Shown one piece after another: positions 41,871 through 51,592 of a DNA stretch of 64,000 nt. The notes beneath the pieces were generated by a model, which was not told the origin of the DNA, made no database searches, and saw only the letters and a list, made by a program, of their open reading frames with translations. The translations under genes and the position numbers were made by a program. Each line of letters begins with the position of its first letter. Position 1 is the stretch's first letter. The DNA is from Actinomycetota bacterium (GTDB lineage: Bacteria > Actinomycetota > Acidimicrobiia > Acidimicrobiales > AC-9), in assembly GCA_005888295.1 (NCBI GenBank), contig VAWP01000087.1, positions 19,461 to 83,460 of the forward strand, read 5' to 3'.

Positions 41871-43568
41871 TCAGCCGCGCGCCCGGAGGAACCAGCCGTG
41901 CGGGTCCCACGAGCGGAGGGAGAGGATCTCGTCGGTCGTCGGCGGGGGCAGCTCGCGCACGTCGGCCGCCACCTCGAGACCCCAGCCGCAGGCGGCCCGG
42001 GCCGCTTCGACGCGATCTCGCAGCGGCGACGTCCCCGACGTGACCGCGGTCAGCACGAGCTCGTCGCCGGCCGCCTTCTCCAGCAGTCCGAGGTCGGTCG
42101 CCACGGCCGTGACCCGGTCGCCCGGCGAGGTCACGTAGCCGAGCTTCTCCGGCGTCCGGGCCGGTGTGAGCGTCGCCACGATGACGGCGTCGGTGCACGC
42201 ACTGGCCACGTCGTTGCCTCCGCCCGACCCGACGAGAAACGGTCCGCCCGGGATCTCCGTCGAGTTGATGCTCCCCGAGCGGTCGAACTGGGCCGCGCCG
42301 AGGCACGCCACCGTGGTCGTCCCCGGTCCACCGACGAGCATCCCCAGCACGGCCGAGGTATCGGTGGCCATGGTGGCGGTCGGGAAGTTCCGGTGGTTGA
42401 ACACGTAGGGGTCGGCGGGCCGGGGCTCGTATCCCCACAGTCCCAGCTCGGCGACGAGCTGGACGGCCGACCCGCCGCGACGGGCCGCCTCGACACCGAG
42501 CCAGGCGGCCAGGTTCGCCACCCCGGCGCCGGCGAGCACGGCGTGGGCCCCGCTCGCACGCACGGACTCGGCAACACGGCGGGCACCGTGGACGGCCGCC
42601 ACCTCCCACCCGTTGGGTGGGCTCGACACGTCAGGGGGCGCGGCGTCGCGCTCGGCCTTCCACGACGAGGGATCGGCCTTGCGGCGAAGAGCAGCGATGC
42701 GCTCGTCGCCGAGGCGCGACAGGTACTCCTCCTGGGTGGCCGGCTCGAGGACCCAGTGTCGGATCCACCTGTCGAAGTCGTTGCTGCGCGACGCCGCGCG
42801 CGCCTCCACCCAGAACTCGTAGTCCTCGCCGTAGCCGTCGACGGGAGTGCCCGTCGCGTACAGCCCGCCGGGGTGGGCGCCCATCGGGGTCTCGGCCACG
42901 GCCAGGACGCGGTGGCCCGGCACCATCACGTGATCGGCCCAGGGCCGGATGTCCTCCACGATCCGCTCGACCGTCGCCACCGCGCCCCGCCTGGCTGCGA
43001 GCGCCCCCCACACGCCCTCGAGCAGCGGTGGGTTGAGGGCGACGTTGCCGTCGTGGTCGGCGACCACCCCGTGGAGAAGGGCCACGTCGGGTACCAGGGG
43101 GGCGAGCACGCCGAGCTGGCCAAAAGGAGATTCCACTCTGGCGTACGCCTCGTTGCCCGCCATCGACGATCCGCCGAGCGATCGCGTCACCACGGCGGGA
43201 AGCCCTCGGGCCGCGCACTCGAGGCGCTGGGCGAAGGTGAGGAACGACCAGTGCTCGACCTCGACTTCACCGCTGGCGTAGGCGCGGGCGAAGACGGGGT
43301 TGGGGGTGAAGTTCGGAAAGGTGTCGCCCGAGTACCCGGTGATCACCTTGCGGACCAGCCCGCCCCGGAACAACACCGCGCCCAGGCTGGACAGGCTCAG
43401 CATGCACAGCGTGAAGCCCGGCTCCTGGCCCCAGAACCGGCGGGCAAGGGCGCGGGTCGCCGCGGTCCACCGGGTGTGGCCGACCATCACGTGCACGACA
43501 TCGCCAGGCATGACGTTGTCGGCCACGGCCCGGTCGAGGTCCACGAGCTTGGAAGCGCCCGTCGCCAC
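41871..43568 (-). CDS. CoA-transferase, fused alpha+beta subunits (glutaconate-CoA-transferase / IpdAB-like family)
   Basis: C-terminal 565 codons of ORF 41871..44240 from GTG 43568 (VATGASKLVDLDRAVADNVMPGD). The second half (GWEVAAVHGARRV..GLWGYEP..GAAQFDRSGSINST) resembles a beta subunit. Confidence 0.75.
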   Translation of the reverse strand: MATGASKLVDLDRAVADNVMPGDVVHVMVGHTRWTAATRALARRFWGQEPGFTLCMLSLSSLGAVLFRGGLVRKVITGYSGDTFPNFTPNPVFARAYASGEVEVEHWSFLTFAQRLECAARGLPAVVTRSLGGSSMAGNEAYARVESPFGQLGVLAPLVPDVALLHGVVADHDGNVALNPPLLEGVWGALAARRGAVATVERIVEDIRPWADHVMVPGHRVLAVAETPMGAHPGGLYATGTPVDGYGEDYEFWVEARAASRSNDFDRWIRHWVLEPATQEEYLSRLGDERIAALRRKADPSSWKAERDAAPPDVSSPPNGWEVAAVHGARRVAESVRASGAHAVLAGAGVANLAAWLGVEAARRGGSAVQLVAELGLWGYEPRPADPYVFNHRNFPTATMATDTSAVLGMLVGGPGTTTVACLGAAQFDRSGSINSTEIPGGPFLVGSGGGNDVASACTDAVIVATLTPARTPEKLGYVTSPGDRVTAVATDLGLLEKAAGDELVLTAVTSGTSPLRDRVEAARAACGWGLEVAADVRELPPPTTDEILSLRSWDPHGWFLRARG

Positions 43569-43573
43569 GTCGA

Positions 43574-44668
43574 TCAGCCGGAGGCGAGCACCAGATCGGC
43601 CAGCCGCTGGCGGTGCCACGCCTGGTGGCCGAGAAGAAGGTCGTTCTGCTTGACTCGGCGATAGAAGAGATGGGCGTCGACGTCCCAGGTGAAGCCCATC
43701 CCGCCGTGGATCTGGATGTCCTGCTCGGTGATGAACACCGAGGCTTCGCCCACGAAGCCCTTGCTCATGGCCACGGCCATCTCGCGCTGGGGATCGTCCA
43801 CGTCGGACGCCCACGCCGTGTACAGGATGCCCACCCGCGCCAGCTCCAGCTCGTGGAGCATGTCCACGGCCTTGTGCCGGATGACCTGGAACCTGGCGAT
43901 GGGCCGGTCGAACTGCACGCGGTGCTGCGCGTAGTCCACCGCTTCGCGGAAGGCCTGATCGCACGCGCCCACCGTCTCCGCCGCCAAGGCAACCGTTACG
44001 TCGTCCACGACCCGGCGCAGGATGCCCGACTGGTCCCCCTCCGGGCCCAGGCGCCTCGCCGGCGTCTGGCGCAGCTCGAGCCGCGCGACCTTGCGGGTCA
44101 CGTCCAGGGTCGGCACGAGCTCGGCCGCCGGCTGCTCGACGAGGAAGGCGCCGAGGCCGCCCTCCGCCTGGGCGACGACGATCGCCCAGTCCGCGGTGTG
44201 ACCGTCGAGCACGACCGGCTTGAGCCCGTCCAGCACCCAACCGTCGCCGGACCGGACGGCGGTCGTCGTCAGGCCGCCGAGCGGGTCGCCCTGGCTCAGC
44301 TCCTCGAGAGCCAGCGTCCCCCGACGCTCACCGGCCGCCAACGCCGGGAGCAGGTCCGTGGCCCCGAGCGCGAGCGCGGCCGACGTGGCCATCACCGCGG
44401 ACGACAGGTACGGACCCGGGAAGAGGGCCTTCCCCATCTCCTCCTGGACGACGGCCAGGTCAACGAGACCGAGACCCAGACCTCCGTGCGCCTCGGGTAC
44501 GAGCAACCCGAGCCAACCCAGATCGGCCACCTTCGCCCACAGCTCGTCGGTGAAGCCCCGCTCGACGTCGATCATGCGGCGCACGTACGAAATCGGTGCC
44601 TCAGCGCCCAGGGCGGCGGCGACGGTGTCGCGCAGCGCTTCCTGCTCGGCCGAGAGGGCGAAGTCCAC
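43574..44668 (-). CDS. acyl-CoA dehydrogenase family protein
   Basis: ORF 43574..44962 trimmed to GTG 44668 (VDFALSAEQEAL). Motifs: FDRPIARFQVIRH and QIHGGMGFTWDVDAH. Confidence 0.85.
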   Translation of the reverse strand: MDFALSAEQEALRDTVAAALGAEAPISYVRRMIDVERGFTDELWAKVADLGWLGLLVPEAHGGLGLGLVDLAVVQEEMGKALFPGPYLSSAVMATSAALALGATDLLPALAAGERRGTLALEELSQGDPLGGLTTTAVRSGDGWVLDGLKPVVLDGHTADWAIVVAQAEGGLGAFLVEQPAAELVPTLDVTRKVARLELRQTPARRLGPEGDQSGILRRVVDDVTVALAAETVGACDQAFREAVDYAQHRVQFDRPIARFQVIRHKAVDMLHELELARVGILYTAWASDVDDPQREMAVAMSKGFVGEASVFITEQDIQIHGGMGFTWDVDAHLFYRRVKQNDLLLGHQAWHRQRLADLVLASG

Positions 44669-44680
44669 GGCCACGAAGAC

Positions 44681-44694
44681 TAACGCCCGTGTCA
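44681..44694. promoter_or_regulatory. candidate TetR operator (TAACGCCCGTGTCA), a one-mismatch version of TGAC-N6-GTCA
   Basis: It lies in the 52-bp divergent region between two ACAD genes and matches the site at 53963 at 12 of 14 positions. Confidence 0.35.
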
Positions 44695-44720
44695 GGTTCC
44701 TGGCACTAGCATCGGCCCTC

Positions 44721-45920
44721 ATGGACTTCGCCTTCACGCCCGAGGACGAGGCGTTCCGGGCCGAGCTGCGAGGGTGGCTCGAGGAGCATCTCCCAGACTT
44801 CCGGGAGAGCGAGACAGCCGGCCCAGCGGGCGGAACAGCGCTCATGTCCACCATGGAGCGGCGACGGGCCTGGCAACGACGGCTCAACGAGGGCCGGTGG
44901 GCGGCCATCAACTGGCCGTCCGAGTGGGGTGGGCGCGAGGCCACGATCATGCAGAACGTCATCTACTCCGAGGAGATGGCGCGCGCCCGGGCGCCCGGGA
45001 TATACAACGCCAACGGGATCTGGCAGATCGGTCCCATGATCATCCGGTGGGGCACGCGTGAGCAGCAGGAGCGCTGGCTGCCGGGCATCCTCTCGGCTGA
45101 CGACCACTGGTGCCAGGGCTTCTCGGAGCCGGAGGCCGGCAGCGACCTGGCCAACCTGCGCTGCTCGGCGACCGCGGACGGCGACGACTACGTCCTCGAG
45201 GGGCGCAAGATCTGGATCTCCACGGCGCACATCGCCCAGTGGGGGCTCTTCCTCGTGCGCACCGACCCTACCGCCATCCAGCGCAAGGCGAAGCACGAGG
45301 GCATCACGGCCCTCATCGTCGACATGCGGGTGCCTGGCATCGAGTGCCAGCCCCTCCGCGACATCACCGGCGACGCCATGTTCAACGAGGTCACCTTCGC
45401 CGAGGCCCGGGTGCCCGCCGCCTACCGGCTGGGCGACGAGGGCCAGGGCTGGCAGGTGGCCATGGGCACCCTGGGACACGAGCGGGTGGGCACGTCCGGC
45501 CTGTCGATCACGCTGGCGACCGAGCTCGAGCGGCTGATCGCGACCACCCGCAAGCACAACCCCGCAGCTCTGGAGGATCCGTCCATCAAGGACCGACTGG
45601 CCCGGGCCTGGACCCAGATCACCCTCACCCGCCTGCTCAACTATCGGGCGCTGTCCAAGGTGCTCAAGGGCGAGAAGAACTGGCCCGAGGTGCCCCTGGC
45701 CAAGCTCCAGTGGAGCAGCCTCTCCCAGACTCTCGCCGAGCTCGGCTGCGACATGCTCGGACCAGCAGGCATCCTCGCCCGCGGCGGCGCCGACGCCGTC
45801 GACAACGGGCACTGGACCCACCAGTACTGCTGGCAGCGCTACACCTCGATCGGCGCGGGCACCACCGAGGTGCAGAAGAACATCCTCGCCGACCGGGCCA
45901 TCCAGCTGCCGCGCCACTGA
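44721..45920 (+). CDS. acyl-CoA dehydrogenase
   Basis: ORF 44220..45920 trimmed to ATG 44721 (MDFAFTPEDEAF). Motifs: SEPEAGSDLAN and GTTEVQKNILADRAIQLP. Confidence 0.9.
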   Translation: MDFAFTPEDEAFRAELRGWLEEHLPDFRESETAGPAGGTALMSTMERRRAWQRRLNEGRWAAINWPSEWGGREATIMQNVIYSEEMARARAPGIYNANGIWQIGPMIIRWGTREQQERWLPGILSADDHWCQGFSEPEAGSDLANLRCSATADGDDYVLEGRKIWISTAHIAQWGLFLVRTDPTAIQRKAKHEGITALIVDMRVPGIECQPLRDITGDAMFNEVTFAEARVPAAYRLGDEGQGWQVAMGTLGHERVGTSGLSITLATELERLIATTRKHNPAALEDPSIKDRLARAWTQITLTRLLNYRALSKVLKGEKNWPEVPLAKLQWSSLSQTLAELGCDMLGPAGILARGGADAVDNGHWTHQYCWQRYTSIGAGTTEVQKNILADRAIQLPRH

Positions 45921-45926
45921 GCCTCT

Positions 45927-46805
45927 GTGCGGCTCGGGCTCGTCACTCCCGTCGTCACCCTGAACCCCCGCGTCCACAACTCCTGGGAGGAGACCGCCGG
46001 ACTCGACGCGCTCGCAGCCGTGGCCGAGGCGGCGGACCGGCTCGGTTACCACCACGTGACCTGCAGCGAGCACGTCGCCGTGCCGACCGAGGCGGTGGCC
46101 CGCCGGGGAGGACGCTACTGGGACCCGCTCGCGACCTTCGGGTACCTGGCCGCCCGGACCAGCCGCCTGCGGCTGGCCACCCACGTGCTCGTCCTCGGCT
46201 ACCACCACCCACTCGACATCGCCAAGCGCTACGGCACCCTCGATCTGGTGAGCGGCGGCCGGCTCGTGCTCGGCGTGGGCGTGGGCACGCTGGCCGAGGA
46301 GTTCGAGCTCCTCGGCGCTGAGCTGGCCGGGAGAGGAGAGCGCGCGGACGACGCCATCCGCGCCCTGCATGCATCCCTCTCCCGTCGCCAGCCGAGCTAC
46401 CACGGCACGCACTTCGACTACGAGGGCTTCGTCGTCGACCCCTGCGCCGTCCAGGAGCACGTGCCGATCTGGATCGGCGGTCGCACCGCCCGGTCCCTGC
46501 GCCGGGCCGTGGAGCTGGGCGACGGCTGGGCGCCGTTCGGGCTGAGAGAGGCCGAGCTCGGTCCCATGCTGGCCCGGGCACGGGACTCAGCAGCGTGGGC
46601 GAACCGAGCCGCTCCACTCGACGTGGTCCTGTACCCGGAGCCGCCCCTGGACCCGGCCGCCGATCCCGAACACGCTCGCGACGTCGTCGCCCGCTACGAG
46701 CAGATCGGGGCGACCATCCTCAACCTCCGCCTCCAGCACCGGTCCCTGACACACTGCCTGGAGCAGCTCCAGGCGATGGCGGAGGTTGTCCCACCCGTTC
46801 CCTGA
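45927..46805 (+). CDS. LLM-class (luciferase-like) flavin/F420-dependent oxidoreductase
   Basis: 292 aa: AEAADRLGYHHVTCSEH, LVLGVGVG and IWIGG. This is the typical LLM F420-class layout. Confidence 0.8.
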   Translation: MRLGLVTPVVTLNPRVHNSWEETAGLDALAAVAEAADRLGYHHVTCSEHVAVPTEAVARRGGRYWDPLATFGYLAARTSRLRLATHVLVLGYHHPLDIAKRYGTLDLVSGGRLVLGVGVGTLAEEFELLGAELAGRGERADDAIRALHASLSRRQPSYHGTHFDYEGFVVDPCAVQEHVPIWIGGRTARSLRRAVELGDGWAPFGLREAELGPMLARARDSAAWANRAAPLDVVLYPEPPLDPAADPEHARDVVARYEQIGATILNLRLQHRSLTHCLEQLQAMAEVVPPVP

Positions 46806-47268
46806 GCGCCTGCACGCCCGCCTCGATCGCCGACGCGATGTGGCGGTCGTTGCCCTTGGAGAGACTCTCGTGCACCCGGCGCTCCAGCAGCAGGCGCAGC
46901 ACGGGGTTGAAGGCGTGATAGGTCTCGCGAAAGTGGATGCGCGTGCGACCGGCGCCGATGTCCTCCAGGCGGGTCCACCCGCTGGCCTTCGACCACAGCG
47001 GCTTTCCCACCGCGTCGTAGCGCCACCAGACGCCGGGCTCCATCTCGCTGATCCACTCCCAGGACACGCCGGTCCCGCCCGACAGCAGGTACCGAGGCAC
47101 GGGAAAGGTGCAGTGGCGGACCAGCCCGAGCCCGTGCTCGTCGCCCGGTAGGAGGATCTCGATGGTGACGTCACCGTGACGGCGCCGCCCCGAGCGGCTG
47201 GACCAGAACACACGCCACACCTCCGCCGGTGTGGCGTCGACCTCGATCGAGAACGTGTGGTCCTGCAC
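46720..47268 (-). CDS. SRPBCC (START / polyketide-cyclase-like) family protein
   Basis: FSIEVDATPAEVWRVF.. is a typical SRPBCC N-terminus. The Gly/Pro-rich tail overlaps the convergent LLM gene by 86 nt, so the real C-terminus is uncertain. Confidence 0.65.
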   Translation of the reverse strand: MQDHTFSIEVDATPAEVWRVFWSSRSGRRRHGDVTIEILLPGDEHGLGLVRHCTFPVPRYLLSGGTGVSWEWISEMEPGVWWRYDAVGKPLWSKASGWTRLEDIGAGRTRIHFRETYHAFNPVLRLLLERRVHESLSKGNDRHIASAIEAGVQALRERVGQPPPSPGAAPGSVSGTGAGGGG

Positions 47269-47272
47269 CCGC

Positions 47273-48437
47273 TCAGGGGAGTCGCTCGATGACGGTGGCG
47301 TTGGCCTGACCTCCGCCCTCGCACATCGTCTGGAAGCCGTAGCGTCCCCCGATCGACTCCAGCTGATTGAGCAGCGTGGTCATGATCCGTACGCCGCTGG
47401 CACCCAGGGGATGGCCGATGGCGATGGCACCGCCCCGCGGGTTCAGGCGGTCGAGCTCCTCGGGTCGCGATCCAGGGCCCGCCTGTGCGGGGAGGAACTC
47501 GCGGGCCCACATGAGGGTGATGGCCGCGAAGGCCTCGTTGCACTCCATGGCGTCGAAGTCGCCGATCGTCATGTTCGAGCGGGACAGCAGCCTGCGCGTG
47601 GCGGGGTTGGGAGCGGAGAGGACCAGGATCGGGTCCTCGGCCGCCACCGCGAAGTGCACCAGTCGGGCCCGCACCGGCAGGCCGAGCCGGTCGGCCGTCT
47701 GACGGCTGGCGATCAGCATGGCCGCGGCCCCGTCGGACATCTGAGACGAGTTGCCGGCGGTGATGTCGGGGGCGAGGGCAGGATCCCAGCTGGCCGCGCT
47801 CGGAAGAGCACCGAGCTTCTCCATGGAGGTGTCCGGCCTGATCCCCTCGTCAGCCTCGAGCATGGCGCCCGTGGGCCGGCCATCCTCGTCCTTGACGGGA
47901 ACGGGCACGATCTCACGCGCCGAGAGCCCGCCCTCGGTCGCCCGTGCCGCGCGCCGGTGGCTCTCCAGGGCGAAGGCGTCCATGTCCTCCCGGCTGATCT
48001 TCCACTGATCGGCGAGTATCTGGGACACCTCGAACTGGGTCTTGAGCTGGCCGTCGATCACGCCCATGAACGCGCTGCTGAAGGGGCCCTTGCCGCCTTT
48101 GGCGTTGGACGCCAGCGGCGTCCTCGTCATCGACTCGACCCCACACGCCACGGCGACGTCGTAGGCGCCCGCCATCACTCCCTGGGCGACGAAGTGCGCC
48201 GCCTGCTGGGAAGACCCGCACTGCCTGTCGACTGACGTGGCGGGCACGTGCCACGGCAGCCCTGCTCCGATCCAGGCGTTGCGGGTCACGTTCGTGCTCT
48301 GCTCCCCGACCTGGGTCACGCAACCCCCGACGACGTCGTCCGAGCAGGTCAGCAGGATGCCAACCGGAGAGGGCGCCGTTGCGCTTGCCGATGGGCGTGC
48401 GAACGGCGTCGACGATCACCGCCTCCCGGGTCTCCAT
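47273..48437 (-). pseudogene. acetyl-CoA C-acyltransferase (thiolase II), split by a frameshift near 48341
   Basis: METREAVIVDAVRTPIGKRNGALSGWHPADLL (ORF 47913..48437) continues in another frame as DDVVGGCVTQVGEQSTNVTRNAW..DRQCGSSQQA..NEAFA..GHPLGASG..CEGGGQA (ORF 47273..48319). About 18 residues expected between DLL and DDVV are absent. Confidence 0.75.
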
Positions 48438-48462
48438 CAGCGTGCCTCCTCCCGCAGGAAAC

Positions 48463-48476
48463 TGACATGATAGTCA
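48463..48476. promoter_or_regulatory. TGAC-N6-GTCA palindrome (TGACATGATAGTCA)
   Basis: It lies in the 29-bp divergent region between the thiolase and the ADP-forming ligase and overlaps ATG 48467. The inner positions diverge from the other sites. Confidence 0.3.
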
Positions 48477-50653
48477 GCAATCGCATGGCCCGGACTGCCC
48501 GACACCCGACTCCCCTCCGCCTCGACGTCACCGGGCGCCCGGTCGAGCTACGGGCGATCGATCTCGACACGTTCTTCCATCCTCGGACGGTGGCCGTGGT
48601 CGGGGCGTCCGACACCCCGGGCCGCCCGAACACGGCCATGACCAGGAAGGTCCGGGACTGGGCGGAGAAGGCCGGCGCCGCCATCTATCCCGTCAACCCC
48701 AACCGCCCGGAGGTCGACGGGCTGCCCAGCGTCCCCACGATCCTCGACATCCCCGTCGACGTCGACCTGGCGGCGATCCTGGTCGGCGAGGCCGTGCACG
48801 CGCTCGAGGAGGCCGTCGAGAAGAAGGCGCGCTTTGCGGTGGTCTTCGCCGCCGGTTTCGCCGAGGTCGGCGGTGAAGGCACGCGGCTGCAGGCGCGCCT
48901 CGAGCAGCTGGTGAAGTCGAGCGAGCTCCACCTGCTGGGCCCGAACACCAACCTCAACGCCTTCGAGACATTCCGCGACGACCTCGCGCCGCCGACGATC
49001 GCCCTCATCACCCAGAGCGGCCACCAGGGCCGTCCGATCTTCCAGGGCCAGGACCTCGGCATCGCTCTCTCGCACTGGGCGCCGACCGGTAACGAGGTCG
49101 ATCTCGAGGTCGCCGACTTCGTCCGCTACTTCGCCGACCAGGACGAGGTCGGCGTCATCGCCGCCTACGTCGAGGGTTTCAAGGACGGCCGTACCCTCAT
49201 GCTGGCCGCGGACCACGCGGCAGGCCGGGGCGTGCCCATCGTCGTCGTCAAGGTCGGTCGGACCGACGAGGGCCGGTCCATGGCCATGGCCCACACCGGG
49301 CACCTCGCCGGCTCCGACGCCGTGATCTCGGCCGCCCTGCGCCAGCTCGGGGTGATCCGGGTCGACGGGCTCGACGAGCTGCTGGACACCTCGGCCCTCC
49401 TGGCCCGAGCCAAGCCACCGACGAGGCCCGGGGCCTCGGGCGCGTCGTCGGTCGGCGTCTGCGTGTACTCCATCTCGGGCGGCACGGGCGCGCACATGGC
49501 CGACCTCGTGTCGGCTGCCGGGCTGCGCCTGCCGTCGCTGTCCCTGGCGACCCAGGACCAGCTGCGCCAGTGGATCCCCTCGTACCTGCGGGTCTCCAAC
49601 CCGGTCGACAACGGCGGGCACCCGTCGACCGACTGGCGGGGGCGCAAGATCCTCGACGCCATCGTGGCTGACCCGGCTGTCGACGTGGTCATCTGTCCCA
49701 TCACGGGCGCCCTGCCGTCGATGAGCAAGCCGCTGGCCCGCGACCTGGTGGACGTCGCCGCCACCACCGACAAGCCCATCTGCGTGGTGTGGGGCTCGCC
49801 GGTGGACGACGACGTGGCCTACCGGGAGATCCTCCTCGGGTCCCGACTGCCGGTGTTCCGGACGTTCGCCAACTGTGTGCGGGCGGTGCGGTCCTACGTC
49901 GACTACCACGAGTTTCGCCAGCGCCATGTCTCGCCGTTCTCCCGGCCCGCGATGAAGCCGTCAACCGCGGCGCGCCGGGCCCGACCGCTCCTGCGCGCCG
50001 GCGAGGCGTTGTCGGAGCACTCGTCCAAGGAGGTGCTGGCCGCCTACGGCATCCCCGTCACGTGCGAGGTGCTGGCGACCAGCGCAGCGCAGGCCGTCCG
50101 GGCCGCCGCCGACCTGGGCCCCTCGGTGGTCATGAAGATCAGCTCGCCCGAGCTGCCCCACAAGGCCGACCTCGGGCTGGTCGAGCTCGGCGTGACCGGT
50201 GCGGGCGCCGTGCGTACCACCTACGCCCGCCTGCTCGAGCGGGCCGGGGCCGCTGCCCCAGGTGCTGCCGTCGAGGGCGTGCTGGTGTCGGAGCTGGTCA
50301 CGGACGGGACCGAGGCCGTCCTCGGGGTCGCCGACGACGAGCTGTTCGGACCGACGGTGATGCTCGGGATCGGCGGTGTCTTCGTCGAGGTCCTGCAGGA
50401 CGTGACGTTCCGGGTGCCCCCGTTCGACCGGGGCGAGGCCCGACGGATGGTGAGCGAGCTCCGGGGATCGGCGCTGCTGACCGGTGCCCGGGGACGGCAG
50501 GCGGCGGACACCGCCGCCCTGGTCGACGCCATCATGCGCGTCCAGCGCCTGGCCGTCGACCTCGCCGGTGAGGTCGCCGAGTTGGACATCAACCCGCTCG
50601 TCGTGAGAGCAAAGGGTGCGGTAGCCGTGGACGCGCTGGTCGTGTGCAGGTAA
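48467..50653 (+). CDS. ADP-forming acyl/acetyl-CoA synthetase (NDP-forming, fused alpha/beta with ATP-grasp)
   Basis: ORF 48248..50653 from ATG 48467. Motifs: FFHPRTVAVVGAS, LLGPNTNL, the phosphohistidine loop MAHTGHLAG and a C-terminal ATP-grasp domain. Confidence 0.85.
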   Translation: MIVSNRMARTARHPTPLRLDVTGRPVELRAIDLDTFFHPRTVAVVGASDTPGRPNTAMTRKVRDWAEKAGAAIYPVNPNRPEVDGLPSVPTILDIPVDVDLAAILVGEAVHALEEAVEKKARFAVVFAAGFAEVGGEGTRLQARLEQLVKSSELHLLGPNTNLNAFETFRDDLAPPTIALITQSGHQGRPIFQGQDLGIALSHWAPTGNEVDLEVADFVRYFADQDEVGVIAAYVEGFKDGRTLMLAADHAAGRGVPIVVVKVGRTDEGRSMAMAHTGHLAGSDAVISAALRQLGVIRVDGLDELLDTSALLARAKPPTRPGASGASSVGVCVYSISGGTGAHMADLVSAAGLRLPSLSLATQDQLRQWIPSYLRVSNPVDNGGHPSTDWRGRKILDAIVADPAVDVVICPITGALPSMSKPLARDLVDVAATTDKPICVVWGSPVDDDVAYREILLGSRLPVFRTFANCVRAVRSYVDYHEFRQRHVSPFSRPAMKPSTAARRARPLLRAGEALSEHSSKEVLAAYGIPVTCEVLATSAAQAVRAAADLGPSVVMKISSPELPHKADLGLVELGVTGAGAVRTTYARLLERAGAAAPGAAVEGVLVSELVTDGTEAVLGVADDELFGPTVMLGIGGVFVEVLQDVTFRVPPFDRGEARRMVSELRGSALLTGARGRQAADTAALVDAIMRVQRLAVDLAGEVAELDINPLVVRAKGAVAVDALVVCR

Positions 50654-50667
50654 GCCCGAACAGAGAA

Positions 50668-50726
50668 GGCCGGCCCGGGATGCCGGCCTCTGGAACCGGC
50701 CGGCCCGGGAGGCCGGCCTCTGGAAC
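50668..50726 (+). repeat. REP-like GC-rich palindromic element, two 30-bp units
   Basis: ggccggcccgggatgccggcctctggaac followed by cggccggcccgggaggccggcctctggaac. Each unit folds as a 7-8-bp GC stem. It lies between two co-directional genes. Confidence 0.7.
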
Positions 50727-50735
50727 AGGAGAAGC

Positions 50736-51584
50736 ATGAGCGAGAGCGAGCGGCCGCTCGATGAGCTGGTGCGCTACCAGGTCGACAATGGCGTGGCCCG
50801 CATCACCATCGACCGGCCCGAAGCAGGGAACGCCCTCACCGCTGCGATGCGAGACCGGCTGGCCGAGCTGTTCGAGGTGGTCTCGACCACGCTGGCGGTG
50901 CGGACCGTGCTACTGACGGGAACGGGCAAGGCCTTTTGCACGGGCGCCGACCTGCGCGGCGCCCAAGCTCCGGCGTCGCCCCTACCGGGCAACGAGCCGC
51001 CGCCGGGCGCGCCCGAACGTTCCGCCGGCGACGGGGCGCGCATGATCCGGCGGGGGTGGCAGCGCCTCGTCACAGCCGTCCTGGATGCGGAGAAGCCGGT
51101 GGTGTGCGCCCTGAACGGGACCGCAGCGGGCGGTGGCGCCCACCTCGCCCTGGCGTGCGACCTGATCGTCATGGCCGAGGAGGCCCGCCTCATCGAGGTG
51201 TTCGTGCGGCGGGGCATACTGCCCGACGCGGGGGGCTGCTTCATCCTGCCCCGCATCGTGGGCGTGCAGCGGGCGAAGGAGATCATGTTCTTCGGTGACG
51301 ACGTGGGCGCGGCCACGGCCGAGCGCATCGGCCTGGTCAACACCGTCGTGCCCGGCTCGGAACTCGAGAAGACGGCTGCCCAGTGGGCGGAACGCCTGGC
51401 GGCCGGGCCCACGAAGGCCATCGCGCTCACCAAGTGGCTGCTCAACCGGTCGCTGGACTCGGACCGGCTGACCGCCTTTCAGGAGGAGTCCTGGGCGCAG
51501 GAGGTGGTCACGGGCACGGAGGACTGCAAGGAAGGCCGGGCCAGCTTCGCCGAGCGCCGCCCGCCGGCGTTCAAGGGCTGGTAA
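50736..51584 (+). CDS. enoyl-CoA hydratase/isomerase family protein
   Basis: ITIDRPEAGNAL, GTGKAFCTGADL and ALNGTAAGGG. AGGAGAAG lies upstream. Confidence 0.9.
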   Translation: MSESERPLDELVRYQVDNGVARITIDRPEAGNALTAAMRDRLAELFEVVSTTLAVRTVLLTGTGKAFCTGADLRGAQAPASPLPGNEPPPGAPERSAGDGARMIRRGWQRLVTAVLDAEKPVVCALNGTAAGGGAHLALACDLIVMAEEARLIEVFVRRGILPDAGGCFILPRIVGVQRAKEIMFFGDDVGAATAERIGLVNTVVPGSELEKTAAQWAERLAAGPTKAIALTKWLLNRSLDSDRLTAFQEESWAQEVVTGTEDCKEGRASFAERRPPAFKGW

Positions 51585-51592
51585 GGCCACAG

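Noticed and set aside
44669-44720. KstR (TnnAACnnGTTnnA) or KstR2 (AnCAAGnnCTTGnT) operators in the island promoters
   Set aside because: I found no match by eye in this or the other divergent promoter regions. The recurring palindrome is TGAC-N6-GTCA instead.
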